From assembly GCA_965368975.1 (NCBI GenBank), contig CBDUPA010000006.1, forward strand, positions 128,001 through 192,000: a stretch of DNA of 64,000 bases, written 5' to 3'. The translations under genes and the position numbers were made by a program. This DNA comes from an uncultured bacterium (GTDB lineage: Bacteria > Acidobacteriota > Thermoanaerobaculia > Multivoradales > JAHZIX01). The notes under the pieces were generated by a model. That model did not search any database. It was not told the origin of the DNA and was given only the letters and a program-made list of their open reading frames with translations. This document shows positions 50,801-60,800 of the stretch, piece after piece. Within the stretch, counting starts at the first letter, position 1. The number at the start of each line of letters is the position of its first letter.

Positions 50801-52055
50801 GCCGCAGGCCGACTTCGCTGAGCTGGATCGCGACGCGCGCGGCGAGCGCGTTCTCGGTCTGGTCAGACAGGCGGCCGACCGCCCGGTGGTAGTCGAGGCT
50901 GTAGCGCACAGCGTCGCTCGGCCGTTCGAACTGCAGCAGGCGCAGTGGCTCTCGGCTCAGCTCGCGACCCTCGAACTTGCTCAGCAGATCGCGCACCATC
51001 TGGTCGTGCAGGCGCTCGACCAAGGTGTCGTTGCCGGCGCCCACCAACTCGCTGCACAGCAACGTGGCGAGCACCGAGCGTGGCCGGGCGGTCACGGCCG
51101 GCGCCGGGATCTCGCGCACGACGCGGCCGCTGATGGCGTCGAGGGCCGCCACCACCTCGCCGGCACTCTGCGGCCGGTCCGCCGGTTCCTTGGCCAGCAG
51201 GCGATCGACCAGCTGCGACACCGACTCCGGCACTTCCGGGTTCAGGTGGTGTGCTGGCAGCTGGTTCTCGCGCACGATGTTCGACAGCGTCTCCATCGGC
51301 CGCCGACCGAGGAAAGGATTCTTGCCGGTGAAGGCTTCGTAGAACAGGATGCCGAGCGAGAAGAGGTCGGATCGATGGTCGGCCTGTTGCAGGCACACCT
51401 GCTCCGGCGACATGGCGCGTGCGGTGCCGAGCAGCACGCCGGGACGCGACAGCGAGGTGTCGCCTTCCTCCTGTGTGATCTTGCGCGCCAGGCCGAAGTC
51501 CAGGATGCGCGCGCGGCCGGAGGGGGTGACCAGGATGTTCTCGGACTTCAGGTCACGGTGGATGATGCCTTTGGCGTGCGCTGCGCTGATGCCTTCGGCG
51601 ATGTCGCGCCCGAGCACCAGAACCTGGTCGACACTGAGCAAATGCTCGGCCACCATCTCGGACAGTGCCATGCCCTCGACATACTCCATGACGATCCAAT
51701 CGCCGGTGCCACTTTGGAGCAGGTCGAAGACGGGTATGATTGCCGGATGACTGAGCTGTGCAACCGCTTTGGCTTCGCGCAGAAAGCGTTCCCTGGCCTC
51801 CTCGTCAGCCAGAGAGTTGGGACGCAAGCGTTTGATCGCGACCCATCGCCCCAGGCGCTCGTCCCAGGCTCGGTAGACCGCACCCATGCCGCCCTGACCG
51901 AGCAGGCCATCAATACGGTAGGGGCCGAGCCGCTCTGGATATTCTGGAATATCGTTGCCGAACGGCGCCGAATCCCGGGAAAGATAGCCCGAGCTACTCG
52001 CGGCACTTCCGCTGGCGGTCGGATCCGCGTTTCTGAGTGTCGAATCCCTCAGCAT
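47865..52055 (-). CDS. Receptor-type Ser/Thr kinase: kinase, degenerate class III cyclase-like domain, second kinase, TM, TPRs
   Basis: Kinase 1 GQGGMG/HRDLKSEN/DFG; kinase 2 SGGIG/HKDVKPSN/DFG/YMAPE; one TM; HP.VA..LNNLA repeats. Confidence 0.9.
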   Translation of the reverse strand: MLRDSTLRNADPTASGSAASSSGYLSRDSAPFGNDIPEYPERLGPYRIDGLLGQGGMGAVYRAWDERLGRWVAIKRLRPNSLADEEARERFLREAKAVAQLSHPAIIPVFDLLQSGTGDWIVMEYVEGMALSEMVAEHLLSVDQVLVLGRDIAEGISAAHAKGIIHRDLKSENILVTPSGRARILDFGLARKITQEEGDTSLSRPGVLLGTARAMSPEQVCLQQADHRSDLFSLGILFYEAFTGKNPFLGRRPMETLSNIVRENQLPAHHLNPEVPESVSQLVDRLLAKEPADRPQSAGEVVAALDAISGRVVREIPAPAVTARPRSVLATLLCSELVGAGNDTLVERLHDQMVRDLLSKFEGRELSREPLRLLQFERPSDAVRYSLDYHRAVGRLSDQTENALAARVAIQLSEVGLRRSADADTAAIDLSLLGQDEEDASETEILARSLTAQLMRLASPGQTLLTRAAFDLARQSSVGSGSASAVLSWMAHGHYLFEGFEDTLEIFEVGIEDEAPLRAPEDSDQALRIVQEATIPGWRPARGLEIPQRLNWVLERKLASGGIGEIWLACHKKTGDRRVFKFCYEARSLNSLKREITVFRLLKEELGDRRDITRILDWNFDRAPYFIEMQHTASGSMLDWAEQQGGIERVPLHVRLNLVAQVAEALAAAHSVGVLHKDVKPSNVLIDLTDPQHPQAQLTDFGIGRITDRDRLERAGITMIGFGEAITEHQGMPVGTHLYMAPELLEGKPATLQSDIYALGVMLYQLLICDFSRALAPGWQREITNPVLAQTVAATIDGTPERRMSNALELAQRLRDLDSLEAQHFHAQQQEEHRRQQVLEAEATRQELHQLRRRWRSAGIATLVLLVMTAIVFLQAQRAAKHSARADREAELVQQIAGVLVETFDLLDPYRTNDPSSVDAHQVLARASARIEQEFQDQPRAQAKLLDALGNVYLGIGDLEHAEPLIVKSLQLRQSKLPANDIELTESLISSSQLLVHQGRFHEAETAAREALSIRREHLSSGHPMIADALHLLAITLHEQSELLAAEQLFRQALQIRRDHFGRDALEVAESLNDLALLQEDLSQFKVAEELYREALDIRRKHLGTEHPEVGASLNNIAGVLYEQGEYSQAEEMYQAALANLRVALGETHPNVAMTLNNLAALHQMQHRYEAAEQPLREALDIYRQAYGESHPQVATTLSNLAALLRQNGKLAQAETTYREVLEMRQRLLGANHPDIATILNGLGLVLEAQGNLDGAEALLRQALEIRRQALGERHSKVGTTLVNLGRVLRLQGQLEPAEAALRQALAAFVESLPPDHWRTLDTQSQLGACLLAQERFAEAEQLLLHSYEQLEQQTGDSDYTRSARQHLDELYNRWQRPAPSPPGTLAPTAAAASAN

Positions 52056-52084
52056 AGTGGTTTAGGAACCTTTCCCTCTAACCC

Positions 52085-52540
52085 GTGAATGGTAGCACGC
52101 TCCGAGGGAGTCCATGGTGCCGCGGTGTGCAGGGTGTGGCCCTGCTGCTGCTGGTTGTTTGGTGCGCCGTGCATCTCGCGCAGGCAGTGCAGTCGCGGCA
52201 GCAGCGTTTCGGTCCGCAGGACGATCCGTTTCCGCCTCGCTGGCAGCGCGGTGATCCGATCCTAGAAGAGCTGCTGGTGCTGCTCGACGAGGTCGATGCG
52301 CGGGTGCCGCCGGGTGAGGTCATCGCGCTCGAACCGATTTACCGCGAGCCACGCTTCCGCTCGTACGTGCGCATGTGGGCGGCCTACCGAATGCCGCGTC
52401 ACCACGTCGTGCTGGCGGACGCGCCGCAGGCGGCCGAGGCGGCCTGGGGTGTCGGGTTTCGCCGGAGCCTGCGGGGAGCGGGCTGGCGTGCGGTCGCGGT
52501 GTTTCCCGATGGTCGCCTCTATCGTCGGAGGGTGCAGTGA
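52085..52540 (+). CDS. Hypothetical membrane-anchored/exported protein
   Basis: N-terminal hydrophobic segment; GTGA overlap with the next gene. Confidence 0.6.
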   Translation: MNGSTLRGSPWCRGVQGVALLLLVVWCAVHLAQAVQSRQQRFGPQDDPFPPRWQRGDPILEELLVLLDEVDARVPPGEVIALEPIYREPRFRSYVRMWAAYRMPRHHVVLADAPQAAEAAWGVGFRRSLRGAGWRAVAVFPDGRLYRRRVQ

Positions 52541-53970
52541 GTCGAACGCTGGAGGGGCGCCTCGTTCTCGCTCTGTTCGCCGCGCTGCTGGCCCTGCACG
52601 TGGCCTTGACAATACTCGACCTGGCCGGCGCTTCCTGGCGTCAGCTCCCCGTGACCCCGGCGTCGGACTCGGCCTGGCTGCCATCGTGGCCGCCGCTGGT
52701 GTGGCTTCTTGGGGTGGCGCTGGCGGCAGCCGGGCAGCTCGGTAGCGCGGTCAAGCCACCCGTTCGGGCGCTGGCCCGCGCGCGCCCGGGCTGGGGAGAC
52801 GTGCTGGCTCTCGGCGCCGGTGGTGTGCTCGCCGTAGTGAGTTATCGGGGCTGGAGCACCAACCCGGACTTTGTCTACCACTGGGGGCTCAAGGGCTATC
52901 GCTTCGCGGTGCAGGGCGGTATCGATTACGACTTCCTGAGCCGGCCCTGGAACGGCTATCTGCATCCAGACTATCCGCAGCTGCTACCCGAGCTGTACGC
53001 GTTCACGGCGCTGGTGCGCGGCAGCTGGGACGAGTCGGTACTGCTGCTCTGGACGGTGGTGTGGTTCGTCGCTCTGGTGCTGGCGGCGCGGGCCGTGCTG
53101 CGGGGAGCAGCTGTCGACGATACCGTGGGTCGTTTCGTGTCGACCGGGGTGGGCGGCCGTTTCGCGCAGCAGGCGTTGCTGGCGGCGCTGGCGCTGGCCC
53201 TGGCGATGCTCGGTGTCGGCTATCAGCTGGCTGGCAGCCCGGACTGGCTGATCGCACTGGCTCTCGTCGCGGCGCTGCCGGCCTTCCTGCTGTCGCATCG
53301 TCGCCCAGCGGACGGCGACAGGCGGGACGTGGCCGAAGCGCGCCTGGCTCGCGCCCGCGGTGAGGCGCCGGAGATCGCCTTGATTGCCGCGGTGGTGGCG
53401 GCGGTGAAGGTCGAAGGCGTGGTGCTGGCGGCAGGGATGCTGCTGGGCTGGGCCTTGCTACGTGGCTTGTGGCGGCCAGGTCCGAGGTGGGCTGGTTGGC
53501 GCCTGGCGGTGCTGACCGCGCTACCCGCATCGCTGTTGGTCGCGACCTGGCTGTGGCAGGTGCGCACGCACGGCTTGCTGTCGCAGTCTTTGCTCGGGCC
53601 GCCGCGCTGGGAGAACATGCCCGGCATCTTGGCCGCGATCTGGCGCGCGCTGAACACGCAGGAGTGGCACAGTCTGGGCCTGCTATTGCTGTTCTTGCCG
53701 CTGCTCGCCCTGGTACGCCGGGTGCGCCCGCTGGCTTTGTTGGCGCTGGCGCAGCTCGGCTTCTACCTGGCGGTCTACGTGTGCGCCCAGGAGAGGCCGG
53801 AGTTCTACGTGCTGTCCAGTTTTCCGCGTCTCATGCTGCACCTGTGGCCGGCGACACTCGTTGCCGCCGGCCTGGTGCTGGCTCGCTGGGTCGAGCGTCC
53901 CGCGCCTCTGGTTCCCGTCGCTGACGGATCTTCCAGAGACGGGACGCCTATGACACAGGCAGCGCCTTGA
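52537..53970 (+). CDS. Multi-pass membrane protein, putative GT-C fold glycosyltransferase
   Basis: DFVYHWGLKG, HPDYPQLLP, KVEG motifs; many TMs; GTG start 52537. Confidence 0.6.
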   Translation: MSRTLEGRLVLALFAALLALHVALTILDLAGASWRQLPVTPASDSAWLPSWPPLVWLLGVALAAAGQLGSAVKPPVRALARARPGWGDVLALGAGGVLAVVSYRGWSTNPDFVYHWGLKGYRFAVQGGIDYDFLSRPWNGYLHPDYPQLLPELYAFTALVRGSWDESVLLLWTVVWFVALVLAARAVLRGAAVDDTVGRFVSTGVGGRFAQQALLAALALALAMLGVGYQLAGSPDWLIALALVAALPAFLLSHRRPADGDRRDVAEARLARARGEAPEIALIAAVVAAVKVEGVVLAAGMLLGWALLRGLWRPGPRWAGWRLAVLTALPASLLVATWLWQVRTHGLLSQSLLGPPRWENMPGILAAIWRALNTQEWHSLGLLLLFLPLLALVRRVRPLALLALAQLGFYLAVYVCAQERPEFYVLSSFPRLMLHLWPATLVAAGLVLARWVERPAPLVPVADGSSRDGTPMTQAAP

Positions 53971-56938
53971 TGTCGGCGCCGCCGCACACGTTGCCCTGCT
54001 CGTTCTCGTAGGTCTTGGTGGTGCCAGTCACCGTGTCGGTGACGGTGATCTGGTACTCGACGTTGGTCAGGGCGCCCCAGAAGATCCACAGGTGCCCGTT
54101 GTTGTTGCTGCCGTCGAGCGCCTTGACCACCAGCTCCAGGTTGGACGCGCGGAAGAACCAGAACAGGCCGGTTCGATCCGTGGACGGTACCGGCGTCGCC
54201 GGGCCGGCCTGGCCGTTGGGTGCCGCGAAGGTGACGTCGACGCGCACGCGGTCGCCGAGCAGGCACAGGCTGTTGGCGTCGCCACCGCAGGCGGTGCCGT
54301 CTTTGTCCGTCGCCGTGGTTGGCAGTGCGGTACCGAAGTCGCCCAGCAGGTCCACGGGTACCTGCGTGCCGGTGAGCAGGCTGTTGCTGTCACTCGGTGC
54401 TTCCCCCGTGAGCGCGGTGGTGTCGGCCAGGCCGCAGATGTTGCCGAAGTCGTTGCGGTAGGTCTTGACCTCGCCGGTTTCCGTATCGGTGACCGTGACC
54501 CAGTACTCGACGTCCGACAGAGCGCCGTAGAAGACCCAGAAGTGCCCGTTGTTGCCACGGCCGTCGATCATCTTGACGATCAGCTCAGTGTTGTCGGAGC
54601 TGAAGAACCAGAAGGTCGACCCTTGGTCCGACACCGGGTCGGCGTTGCCGCGGCCGGTCTTACCGTTGCGCGGGTTGCGCCACTGCACCTCGACGCGGAA
54701 GCGGCCACTGAGCAGGCAGGTGACGTCGCCGCTCGCGACGCACGGGTCACCGGCCAGGGGCAGCGTGACTTCGCGCGAGTCGCTGAAGCTGGAGAGTGCC
54801 GCCGCGCTGCGGGCGCGGGCGCGGAAGATGTAGCGCACGCCGGGTTCCAGCCCATCGACATCCAGGTAGATGCGGTCGCGCAGGATCTCGCCGACTCGTT
54901 CGTAGGGTTCGCCGTCGCGCGACATGTCGACCTGGTGCTCGATCTCATTGCTGGCGTTGTCCTGCCAGGTGACCTGCACGCTGGAGGAGGAGGTCGGAAT
55001 CACCAGCAGCTCGCTCGGGCCCGCGGGTGCCGTGCCGTTGTTCGACCAGGTAGTGGTGGCGGCTTGGCCGGTGTATCCGGAGCCGCCGCCGGCACCGATG
55101 GCGCGCACGCGGAAGGTGTAGAGGGTGTAGGGATCGAGGCCGCTGAGCGTCGTCGAGGTCGAGTCGGCATCGGCGCTGCCGAGGAGGGAGAAGGCCTTGT
55201 CGGGCGTGTCGGTGCTCTCGACGTCGCCGTGCCAGGCCGCACTACCGAGCGGGTCGCCGATCTGGGCCTCGATCTCGTAGTGCAGCTCGTTGTCGGCGTT
55301 GTCGGTCCATTGCAAGCGCACGGAGTCGATACCGGTACCGGTGGCGATCAGGTCACTGGGGGCGACCGGAGGATCGACCTGCGGGAACAGCAGGGTGACC
55401 TGGTTGGACGCCGCGGTGCCGCCGGACCCGACCGCGCGCACACGGAAGGTGTACTCGACGCCTGGTGTCAGGCCGTCGCTGAGCACGTGGCTGGTGGTGT
55501 TGGCGGGCAGGCTGGCGAGGGTCGAGAAGGCGCCGCCGGCCGGCCGTGCCTCGACACGATAGGCGGACTCGTCGCTGGCGTTGTCTTCCCACGTGAGCTG
55601 GACTTCGCCGGTCTCGAGCAGCGTTACCTGCAAGTTCGTCGGCGGCGGAGGCCCGCCGCCGCACGAGCCGTTGCCGTAGATGGTGCAGACGGCCAGCTTG
55701 TCATCGTTGTCCAGCCTCGCGCCGCGGTTGTCATTGTGTGCGTTGGCACGCATCAGCGCCTGGTTCTTGTCATTGGTGTTGCAGGGGCCGGTACGCTCGT
55801 CACCGCAGGAGTGTCCGATACCCAAGCAGTGGCCGAGTTCGTGAGCGAAAACCTGCTCGCCTCGACGATTGATGCCGACGTAGCAGGACACGCCGATGTT
55901 CATCACGATGTCCGCGTTGGCGATTGTGTAGTAGCGCGTGCCGCGGTGTGTGTGTACCTGGCGCCGGTACCAGGGACCGCCGAGCGCCAAGGTGCCGCCA
56001 GCGGCGCAAGAGAAGGGGCTATCGAAGTCGGCGCCACCGTCTTTGTTGTCGAACAGGATGGCATTGATGCCGTCGTTGTTCTGCAGGCCACCCGTTGCTG
56101 CAGTGGTGCCGCCGTAGCGCAGCTGGACGAAGCTCGAGGGGTCGTTGGTCCAGGCGCGCAAGGCGGCGCGGAACTCGTTGAATCCCCCTCCCGAGATGCC
56201 GTTCTGGCCGTCCACGTGGGCGAAGAAGGTTACCTGGCCGCCGCTGTCGAAGTTCGTCCAACGCAGCGGTGTACCGTCGCCATCCTGCATGCTGTTGAAG
56301 CGTGGCAGTCGCGGAAGAACAGCTTCGTAGGGTACGTCCGTGAAGTAGTCCCCGGTATCGGCGGTCACCGTCCTTCCCGCAGCTCGTCCCGCCAGAAAAT
56401 TGGCAAAGCGCTCCAGGTTCCGTACTTGTGTCGGTGCCTCCAGCTTGCGGCCCTGCGGGTCGACTCGCTCGGCTTCGCTCAAGTCGCGCACCGCAAGTTC
56501 CTGCCCCTGGTACTCGACGATGCGGAAAGCGCCCTGGTTGAAGTGCAAGACGGCGTAGGTGCCGTCCTGCCGTGCCCTGAGCAGCAACAGCAGGCGCTCG
56601 CCTTCTCGGAAGCGCGGGGCACCGTAGATGTAGAGACCCTGTCCGTCCGCGGTGACACCACCCGGCGAGCGCACCACCAGCGAGCTGGCGGGGACGAAGC
56701 CGTGGATCACCTTGTCGACGTCGAGGATCGCGTCGGTAGCCGGTCGCGTGCCGGGCGCGGAGTCAACGCTGCTGACGCGGGCTTCGACGATCACGTCCGC
56801 CTGCATCGCCAGATCTTCATCGGCGACCAGCACGTAGAGTGTCGCGGTCGCGGGCGTCACCACGGCGAGGGCGAGCAGGAGCGTCAGGGTGAGCGGAAAG
56901 AAGGGAAAGGAAGAACGGATACGCGCGGCTGCGATCAT
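53948..56938 (-). CDS. Secreted metzincin (matrixin-like) protease with three FN3 domains and two C-terminal repeat domains
   Basis: Signal peptide, HELGHCLGIGH, Met-turn ALM, three W.DNA.NE/DE FN3 repeats, duplicated FWFF...NGH.W domain. Confidence 0.9.
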   Translation of the reverse strand: MIAAARIRSSFPFFPLTLTLLLALAVVTPATATLYVLVADEDLAMQADVIVEARVSSVDSAPGTRPATDAILDVDKVIHGFVPASSLVVRSPGGVTADGQGLYIYGAPRFREGERLLLLLRARQDGTYAVLHFNQGAFRIVEYQGQELAVRDLSEAERVDPQGRKLEAPTQVRNLERFANFLAGRAAGRTVTADTGDYFTDVPYEAVLPRLPRFNSMQDGDGTPLRWTNFDSGGQVTFFAHVDGQNGISGGGFNEFRAALRAWTNDPSSFVQLRYGGTTAATGGLQNNDGINAILFDNKDGGADFDSPFSCAAGGTLALGGPWYRRQVHTHRGTRYYTIANADIVMNIGVSCYVGINRRGEQVFAHELGHCLGIGHSCGDERTGPCNTNDKNQALMRANAHNDNRGARLDNDDKLAVCTIYGNGSCGGGPPPPTNLQVTLLETGEVQLTWEDNASDESAYRVEARPAGGAFSTLASLPANTTSHVLSDGLTPGVEYTFRVRAVGSGGTAASNQVTLLFPQVDPPVAPSDLIATGTGIDSVRLQWTDNADNELHYEIEAQIGDPLGSAAWHGDVESTDTPDKAFSLLGSADADSTSTTLSGLDPYTLYTFRVRAIGAGGGSGYTGQAATTTWSNNGTAPAGPSELLVIPTSSSSVQVTWQDNASNEIEHQVDMSRDGEPYERVGEILRDRIYLDVDGLEPGVRYIFRARARSAAALSSFSDSREVTLPLAGDPCVASGDVTCLLSGRFRVEVQWRNPRNGKTGRGNADPVSDQGSTFWFFSSDNTELIVKMIDGRGNNGHFWVFYGALSDVEYWVTVTDTETGEVKTYRNDFGNICGLADTTALTGEAPSDSNSLLTGTQVPVDLLGDFGTALPTTATDKDGTACGGDANSLCLLGDRVRVDVTFAAPNGQAGPATPVPSTDRTGLFWFFRASNLELVVKALDGSNNNGHLWIFWGALTNVEYQITVTDTVTGTTKTYENEQGNVCGGADIKALPVS

Positions 56939-57136
56939 CGAGGGTACCTCCGGATCGGGGGAGAGCCTCCGGTCTGTAGGAAGCTTTTCAGGGCTGCTCT
57001 GGCATCGAGTGCTCGTGCATCGACGGGTCGGAAACCGACTGCTGTAGCCAAGAGACGGGCAATTGAAACGCTATCTGGAGAGATAGCTGAAGATTGTCAT
57101 CGTAGCATACGAATCGAAACCTGAAGATAGACGTTG

Positions 57137-57176
57137 GCCACTGTGCGGGCCTTCGCTCCAAGGCCCGCACAGTGGC
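57137..57176. terminator. Perfect 17-bp stem-loop downstream of the tricorn gene (terminator or mRNA 3' stabiliser)
   Basis: gccactgtgcgggcctt-cgctcc-aaggcccgcacagtggc; no clear U-tract. Confidence 0.6.
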
Positions 57177-57187
57177 ATCAGCCGGGC

Positions 57188-60100
57188 TCAGGGGAAGCGT
57201 TCAGGCGCTGGCGGCACGTTGACCGGCTGGCGTGGGTTCGTCTCGAGCTGCTGCAGCAACTCCTGGATCGCCCGCTCCAGTGACGGATCTTCGCCGCGCG
57301 CCGTGGCGTCCGGGCGGTCGACGACTTCGATGTCCGGTGATACGCCCTCGTTCTCCACCGCCCACGAGCCATCGCTGTCCATGAAGCGGAAGGCGGCGAT
57401 CGAGATGCTGCCGCCGTCGACCAGGCCCGGGTTGGCGGAGGTGCCGATCAGGCCGCCCCAGGTGCGGGTACCGATCAGCGGTCCCAGGTCGAGCTTGCGG
57501 AAGTAGAACGGGAAGGCGTCGCCGCCGGAGGACGAGTAGCCGTTGATCAGGCACGCCTTGGGACCGTCGTGGCTGACGCCCGGCCAGGGTTCGATCTCCA
57601 GACCGCGACGTTTCCAGTAGTTGAGCCGCGGGCGGCTGATCAGCTCGACCATGCGGTCTGGGATGAAGCCACCGCCGTTGTAGCGCAGGTCGAAGATCAG
57701 GGCGTCCTTCTGCACCTGCGGGTAGAAGTACTTGAACAGCATGTGGTTGCCGCGCTGCGAGGTGTTGGGCACGTGGACGTAGCCGATGCGCCCATCGGAA
57801 GCCTCGCTGACGCGGCGGCGGCGTTCTTCGATCCAGTCCAGGTAGCGCAGGTTGCCCTCGCTGCTGAGCGTGTGTACCCGTGCCTCACGCGCCGTGGCGT
57901 CCGGGCTGGCGGCGATGCGCAGGGTGACCACGCGCTCGGCCTTGTTCTCGAGCAACTGGTACGGATTGGCGACGCCGCGCGTGTCGACGCCGTCAATGGC
58001 CAGGATCAAATCCCCCTCGCGCACATCGACGCCAGGTTGGGTCAGGGGCGAGCGCCAGTCGTCGTGCCAGTTCTCGCCCGAGAAGATCTTGCCGATGCGG
58101 AAGTAGCCGGACGGATCAGTCACCAGCTCGGCACCCAGCAGTCCGGTGTCCCGGCGCTCCACTTCCGGCTGGTCCCCCGGGTTGACGTAGACGTGACCTG
58201 AGTTCAGCTCACCCGCGACCTCGCCGAGGATGAAGTCGAGGTCGGCGCGGTGCGCGACGTGATCGACCAGCGGCTCGTAGCGGGCGCGCACTTGCTGCCA
58301 ATCCATGCCGTGCATGTCCGGATGCCAGAACCAGTCGCGCAGCAGGCGCCAGCCGTCAACGAAGATCTGGTGCCATTCAGCGGCCGGGTCGATCCGCATT
58401 TCGAGGTGACTGAGGTCGAGGCGGCCATCGCCGACGTTGAGGTTCTTGGCCACGTCGACGATGCCGACCGTGCCGCCCTGCCGGTAGATCAGCTTGTCAC
58501 CGCTGGCGGAGAGCCGGTAGGTGACGAGGCTGCTGAACAGGGTCTGCTCTTCTTCGGCCTGCAAATCGTAGCGCCGCAGCTGGAAGCCGTCGCCGGTGTT
58601 GGCCAGGTAGATCGGTCCGTCGGCGTTGGCGGACAGTGCTCCGTAGTCGCCTGGTGCACCTGGCAGCGCAAGGACGCGTGTCTCGAAGCCTTCGGCGTCG
58701 AGGGTGATCTTGGGCGCCGCGTTTTCGTTCGCTGCTGTATCGGCGCTCGCTGACTTGTCAGCTTCGGGCTCGGCCTGACTCGCGTCCGCGACCGGCTCTT
58801 CGTCGCTCTTGGGATAGAACAGCGGTGGGGCGTCGGTGTTCAGTTGGGCGGCGTAGACGCGGGTCGCATCGGTGTAGAGGTAGTTGAACTCGTGGTCGCT
58901 GAACGTGAGGTTGAAGTCACGGTTGGAGAGGAAGTACAGGTAGCGCCCCTCGGGGTCGAACACCGGTTCGGAGTCGTCGGTCATGTCGCCGGTCAGGCGC
59001 AGCACTTCGGCGCGCTCGAGCGAATAGGCGTAGATCGACCTGTGGTCGGCATCGTTCTCCTTGTCGTAGGCCAGCCACAGGCTGTCCGGCGACCAGGCGA
59101 CGTTGTCGAAGTCGTCGTAGCGCGTGGTGTCGATCTCGACCACCGTGCCGCTCTCGACGTCGACATAGCGCAAGCGCTGCTTCTTGTCGGCGAAGGCGAG
59201 CTTCTTGCTGTCCGGGGACCACACGGGCGCGAAGCGCCAGGTATCACCGTCCGAGGTGACCGCGCGTTCCGCTTCGGGGCCCGGAGCGCTGTCATGCGCT
59301 CGCAAGTAGATCTCGTACTCACCACTCTTGTCGCTCAGGTAGGCGACCCAGCGGCCGTCGGGGGACCAGCTGGCGTCCATCTCGCGGATGCCCGGGGTGG
59401 CGGTCAGGTTGCGGATCTCGCCGTGCTCGGCTGGTACCGTGAAGACGTCGCCGCGCGCGGTGAGCAGTGCGCGTGCGCCGCTGGGAGAGAGTTCAGCGTC
59501 CGTGATCGCGTCGCCGACGTTGGCGATGTAGGGCAGACGGCTGTGGAAGTCGTCGACGATGCGGATCAGCAGATGGGAGGGTTCCGAACCCTGCGGGCGG
59601 ACGATGACGGGCTTTCGGGGCTCATTCTGCAACTGCGTCGTCAGCTCCTCGACGACGTTCTGGATGCGGTAGATGCGGCCGCCCGCCTCGTAGACGATCG
59701 AGTCCGGGCCGGCGCTCGGCCACAGCACGTCGAAGTCCTGGTGATCGGTGATCTGGTGCGTCGCGCCGCTGGCGGGGTCGAGGGCGTAGAGGTTGAGACG
59801 GGTGTCGTTGGCGGTGTCGCCGTCGACCGGATCATCCGGCGTGCGGCGGTCGGAAGTGAAGAAAATCCAGTCGCCGACCCACAGCGGCTGGTTGTCGTTC
59901 GCCAGGTCGTCGGTGAGCTGGCGGGCGTCGCCACTCTCCAGGTCGAAGGTCCAGACGTCCTGCTGACGGCCACCGCGGTAGCGCTTCCAGGTGCGGAACT
60001 CGCGCTCGATGGGGGTGAAGACGAGCTGCTTGCCGTCCGGGGAGAACATGGCGGCGCCGCTCTCCGTGATGGGTAGCGGCCGTTCCAAGCCTCCCTTGGC

Positions 60101-60670
60101 CGGTACCAGGTAGGGCCGGCCCATGCGCTCGCCCCAGGGAACGCGATTGGCGCGGAAGAGGATGGACTCGCCGTCTGGCGTCCAGTCCAGGATGCGGTTG
60201 TCCCAGCCGCCGCGCGGCGGCAGCGGCCCGACGTCGTTGTACCAGGTGAGCTGGGTCGGCATGCCACCGGTCACCGGCAGGACATAGACCTGGCGGTTGC
60301 CGGCATACTCACCGGAGAACGCGATCTGCGTGCCGTCGGGAGAGAACTTGGGGAACAGCTCCATGCCGTCGTCGGAGGTCAACCGGCGGGCGACGTAGCC
60401 GTCCGTGCCCTCTGGCGAATCGACGCTCGTGTCGACGAGCCAGATGTCGCCAGCATAGACGAAGGTGACCAGGTTACCGTGGACGTCCGGTTGCCGCAGC
60501 AGTCGCGTCTCGGGTGCCATGGCGGTGCCGTCTTGTGCCAGCACGGGTTGTGCCAACGGCAAGGCGAGAGGGAGCGTGAGCAGAAGCAGCAACAGGTTCG
60601 ACGGCGTCAACTTCGACAACGGCAGTTTCGGCAACGGCAGTCTCGACAGCGGGGTCGATTTCGCTCTCAT
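57188..60670 (-). CDS. Tricorn protease (S41) with beta-propellers and PDZ
   Basis: PD40-like repeats, [33 protein letters not shown]; start ATG 60670. Confidence 0.93.
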   Translation of the reverse strand: MRAKSTPLSRLPLPKLPLSKLTPSNLLLLLLTLPLALPLAQPVLAQDGTAMAPETRLLRQPDVHGNLVTFVYAGDIWLVDTSVDSPEGTDGYVARRLTSDDGMELFPKFSPDGTQIAFSGEYAGNRQVYVLPVTGGMPTQLTWYNDVGPLPPRGGWDNRILDWTPDGESILFRANRVPWGERMGRPYLVPAKGGLERPLPITESGAAMFSPDGKQLVFTPIEREFRTWKRYRGGRQQDVWTFDLESGDARQLTDDLANDNQPLWVGDWIFFTSDRRTPDDPVDGDTANDTRLNLYALDPASGATHQITDHQDFDVLWPSAGPDSIVYEAGGRIYRIQNVVEELTTQLQNEPRKPVIVRPQGSEPSHLLIRIVDDFHSRLPYIANVGDAITDAELSPSGARALLTARGDVFTVPAEHGEIRNLTATPGIREMDASWSPDGRWVAYLSDKSGEYEIYLRAHDSAPGPEAERAVTSDGDTWRFAPVWSPDSKKLAFADKKQRLRYVDVESGTVVEIDTTRYDDFDNVAWSPDSLWLAYDKENDADHRSIYAYSLERAEVLRLTGDMTDDSEPVFDPEGRYLYFLSNRDFNLTFSDHEFNYLYTDATRVYAAQLNTDAPPLFYPKSDEEPVADASQAEPEADKSASADTAANENAAPKITLDAEGFETRVLALPGAPGDYGALSANADGPIYLANTGDGFQLRRYDLQAEEEQTLFSSLVTYRLSASGDKLIYRQGGTVGIVDVAKNLNVGDGRLDLSHLEMRIDPAAEWHQIFVDGWRLLRDWFWHPDMHGMDWQQVRARYEPLVDHVAHRADLDFILGEVAGELNSGHVYVNPGDQPEVERRDTGLLGAELVTDPSGYFRIGKIFSGENWHDDWRSPLTQPGVDVREGDLILAIDGVDTRGVANPYQLLENKAERVVTLRIAASPDATAREARVHTLSSEGNLRYLDWIEERRRRVSEASDGRIGYVHVPNTSQRGNHMLFKYFYPQVQKDALIFDLRYNGGGFIPDRMVELISRPRLNYWKRRGLEIEPWPGVSHDGPKACLINGYSSSGGDAFPFYFRKLDLGPLIGTRTWGGLIGTSANPGLVDGGSISIAAFRFMDSDGSWAVENEGVSPDIEVVDRPDATARGEDPSLERAIQELLQQLETNPRQPVNVPPAPERFP
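60594..60653. repeat. Four degenerate 15-bp tandem units in the tricorn signal-peptide region
   Basis: aggttcgacggcgtc/aacttcgacaacggc/agtttcggcaacggc/agtctcgacagcggg, encoding [20 protein letters not shown]. Confidence 0.75.
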
Positions 60671-60800
60671 GTGGGATCTCCTGGTAGGGGTCATAGGACA
60701 GGCGGGCCGGAGGGCGTTACGATACCAGGTTGGTAGAGTTCCAAGTGCTCGAGACCGGAACTCGACCCAGAACTTCCACCCAACGAGGAGACGACAAGCG

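Noticed and set aside
49557-52088. 843-aa plus-strand ORF (likewise 33247-35337 opposite metH)
   Set aside because: Antisense to well-supported genes; no recognisable domains.
56950-57000. gcctccggtct resembling part of a c-di-GMP-I riboswitch
   Set aside because: Wrong strand for the adjacent gene, and the GCAAA/GNRA elements are missing.
54092-57124. 1010-aa plus-strand ORF
   Set aside because: Antisense shadow of the metzincin gene; no motifs; expected with high-GC codon bias.
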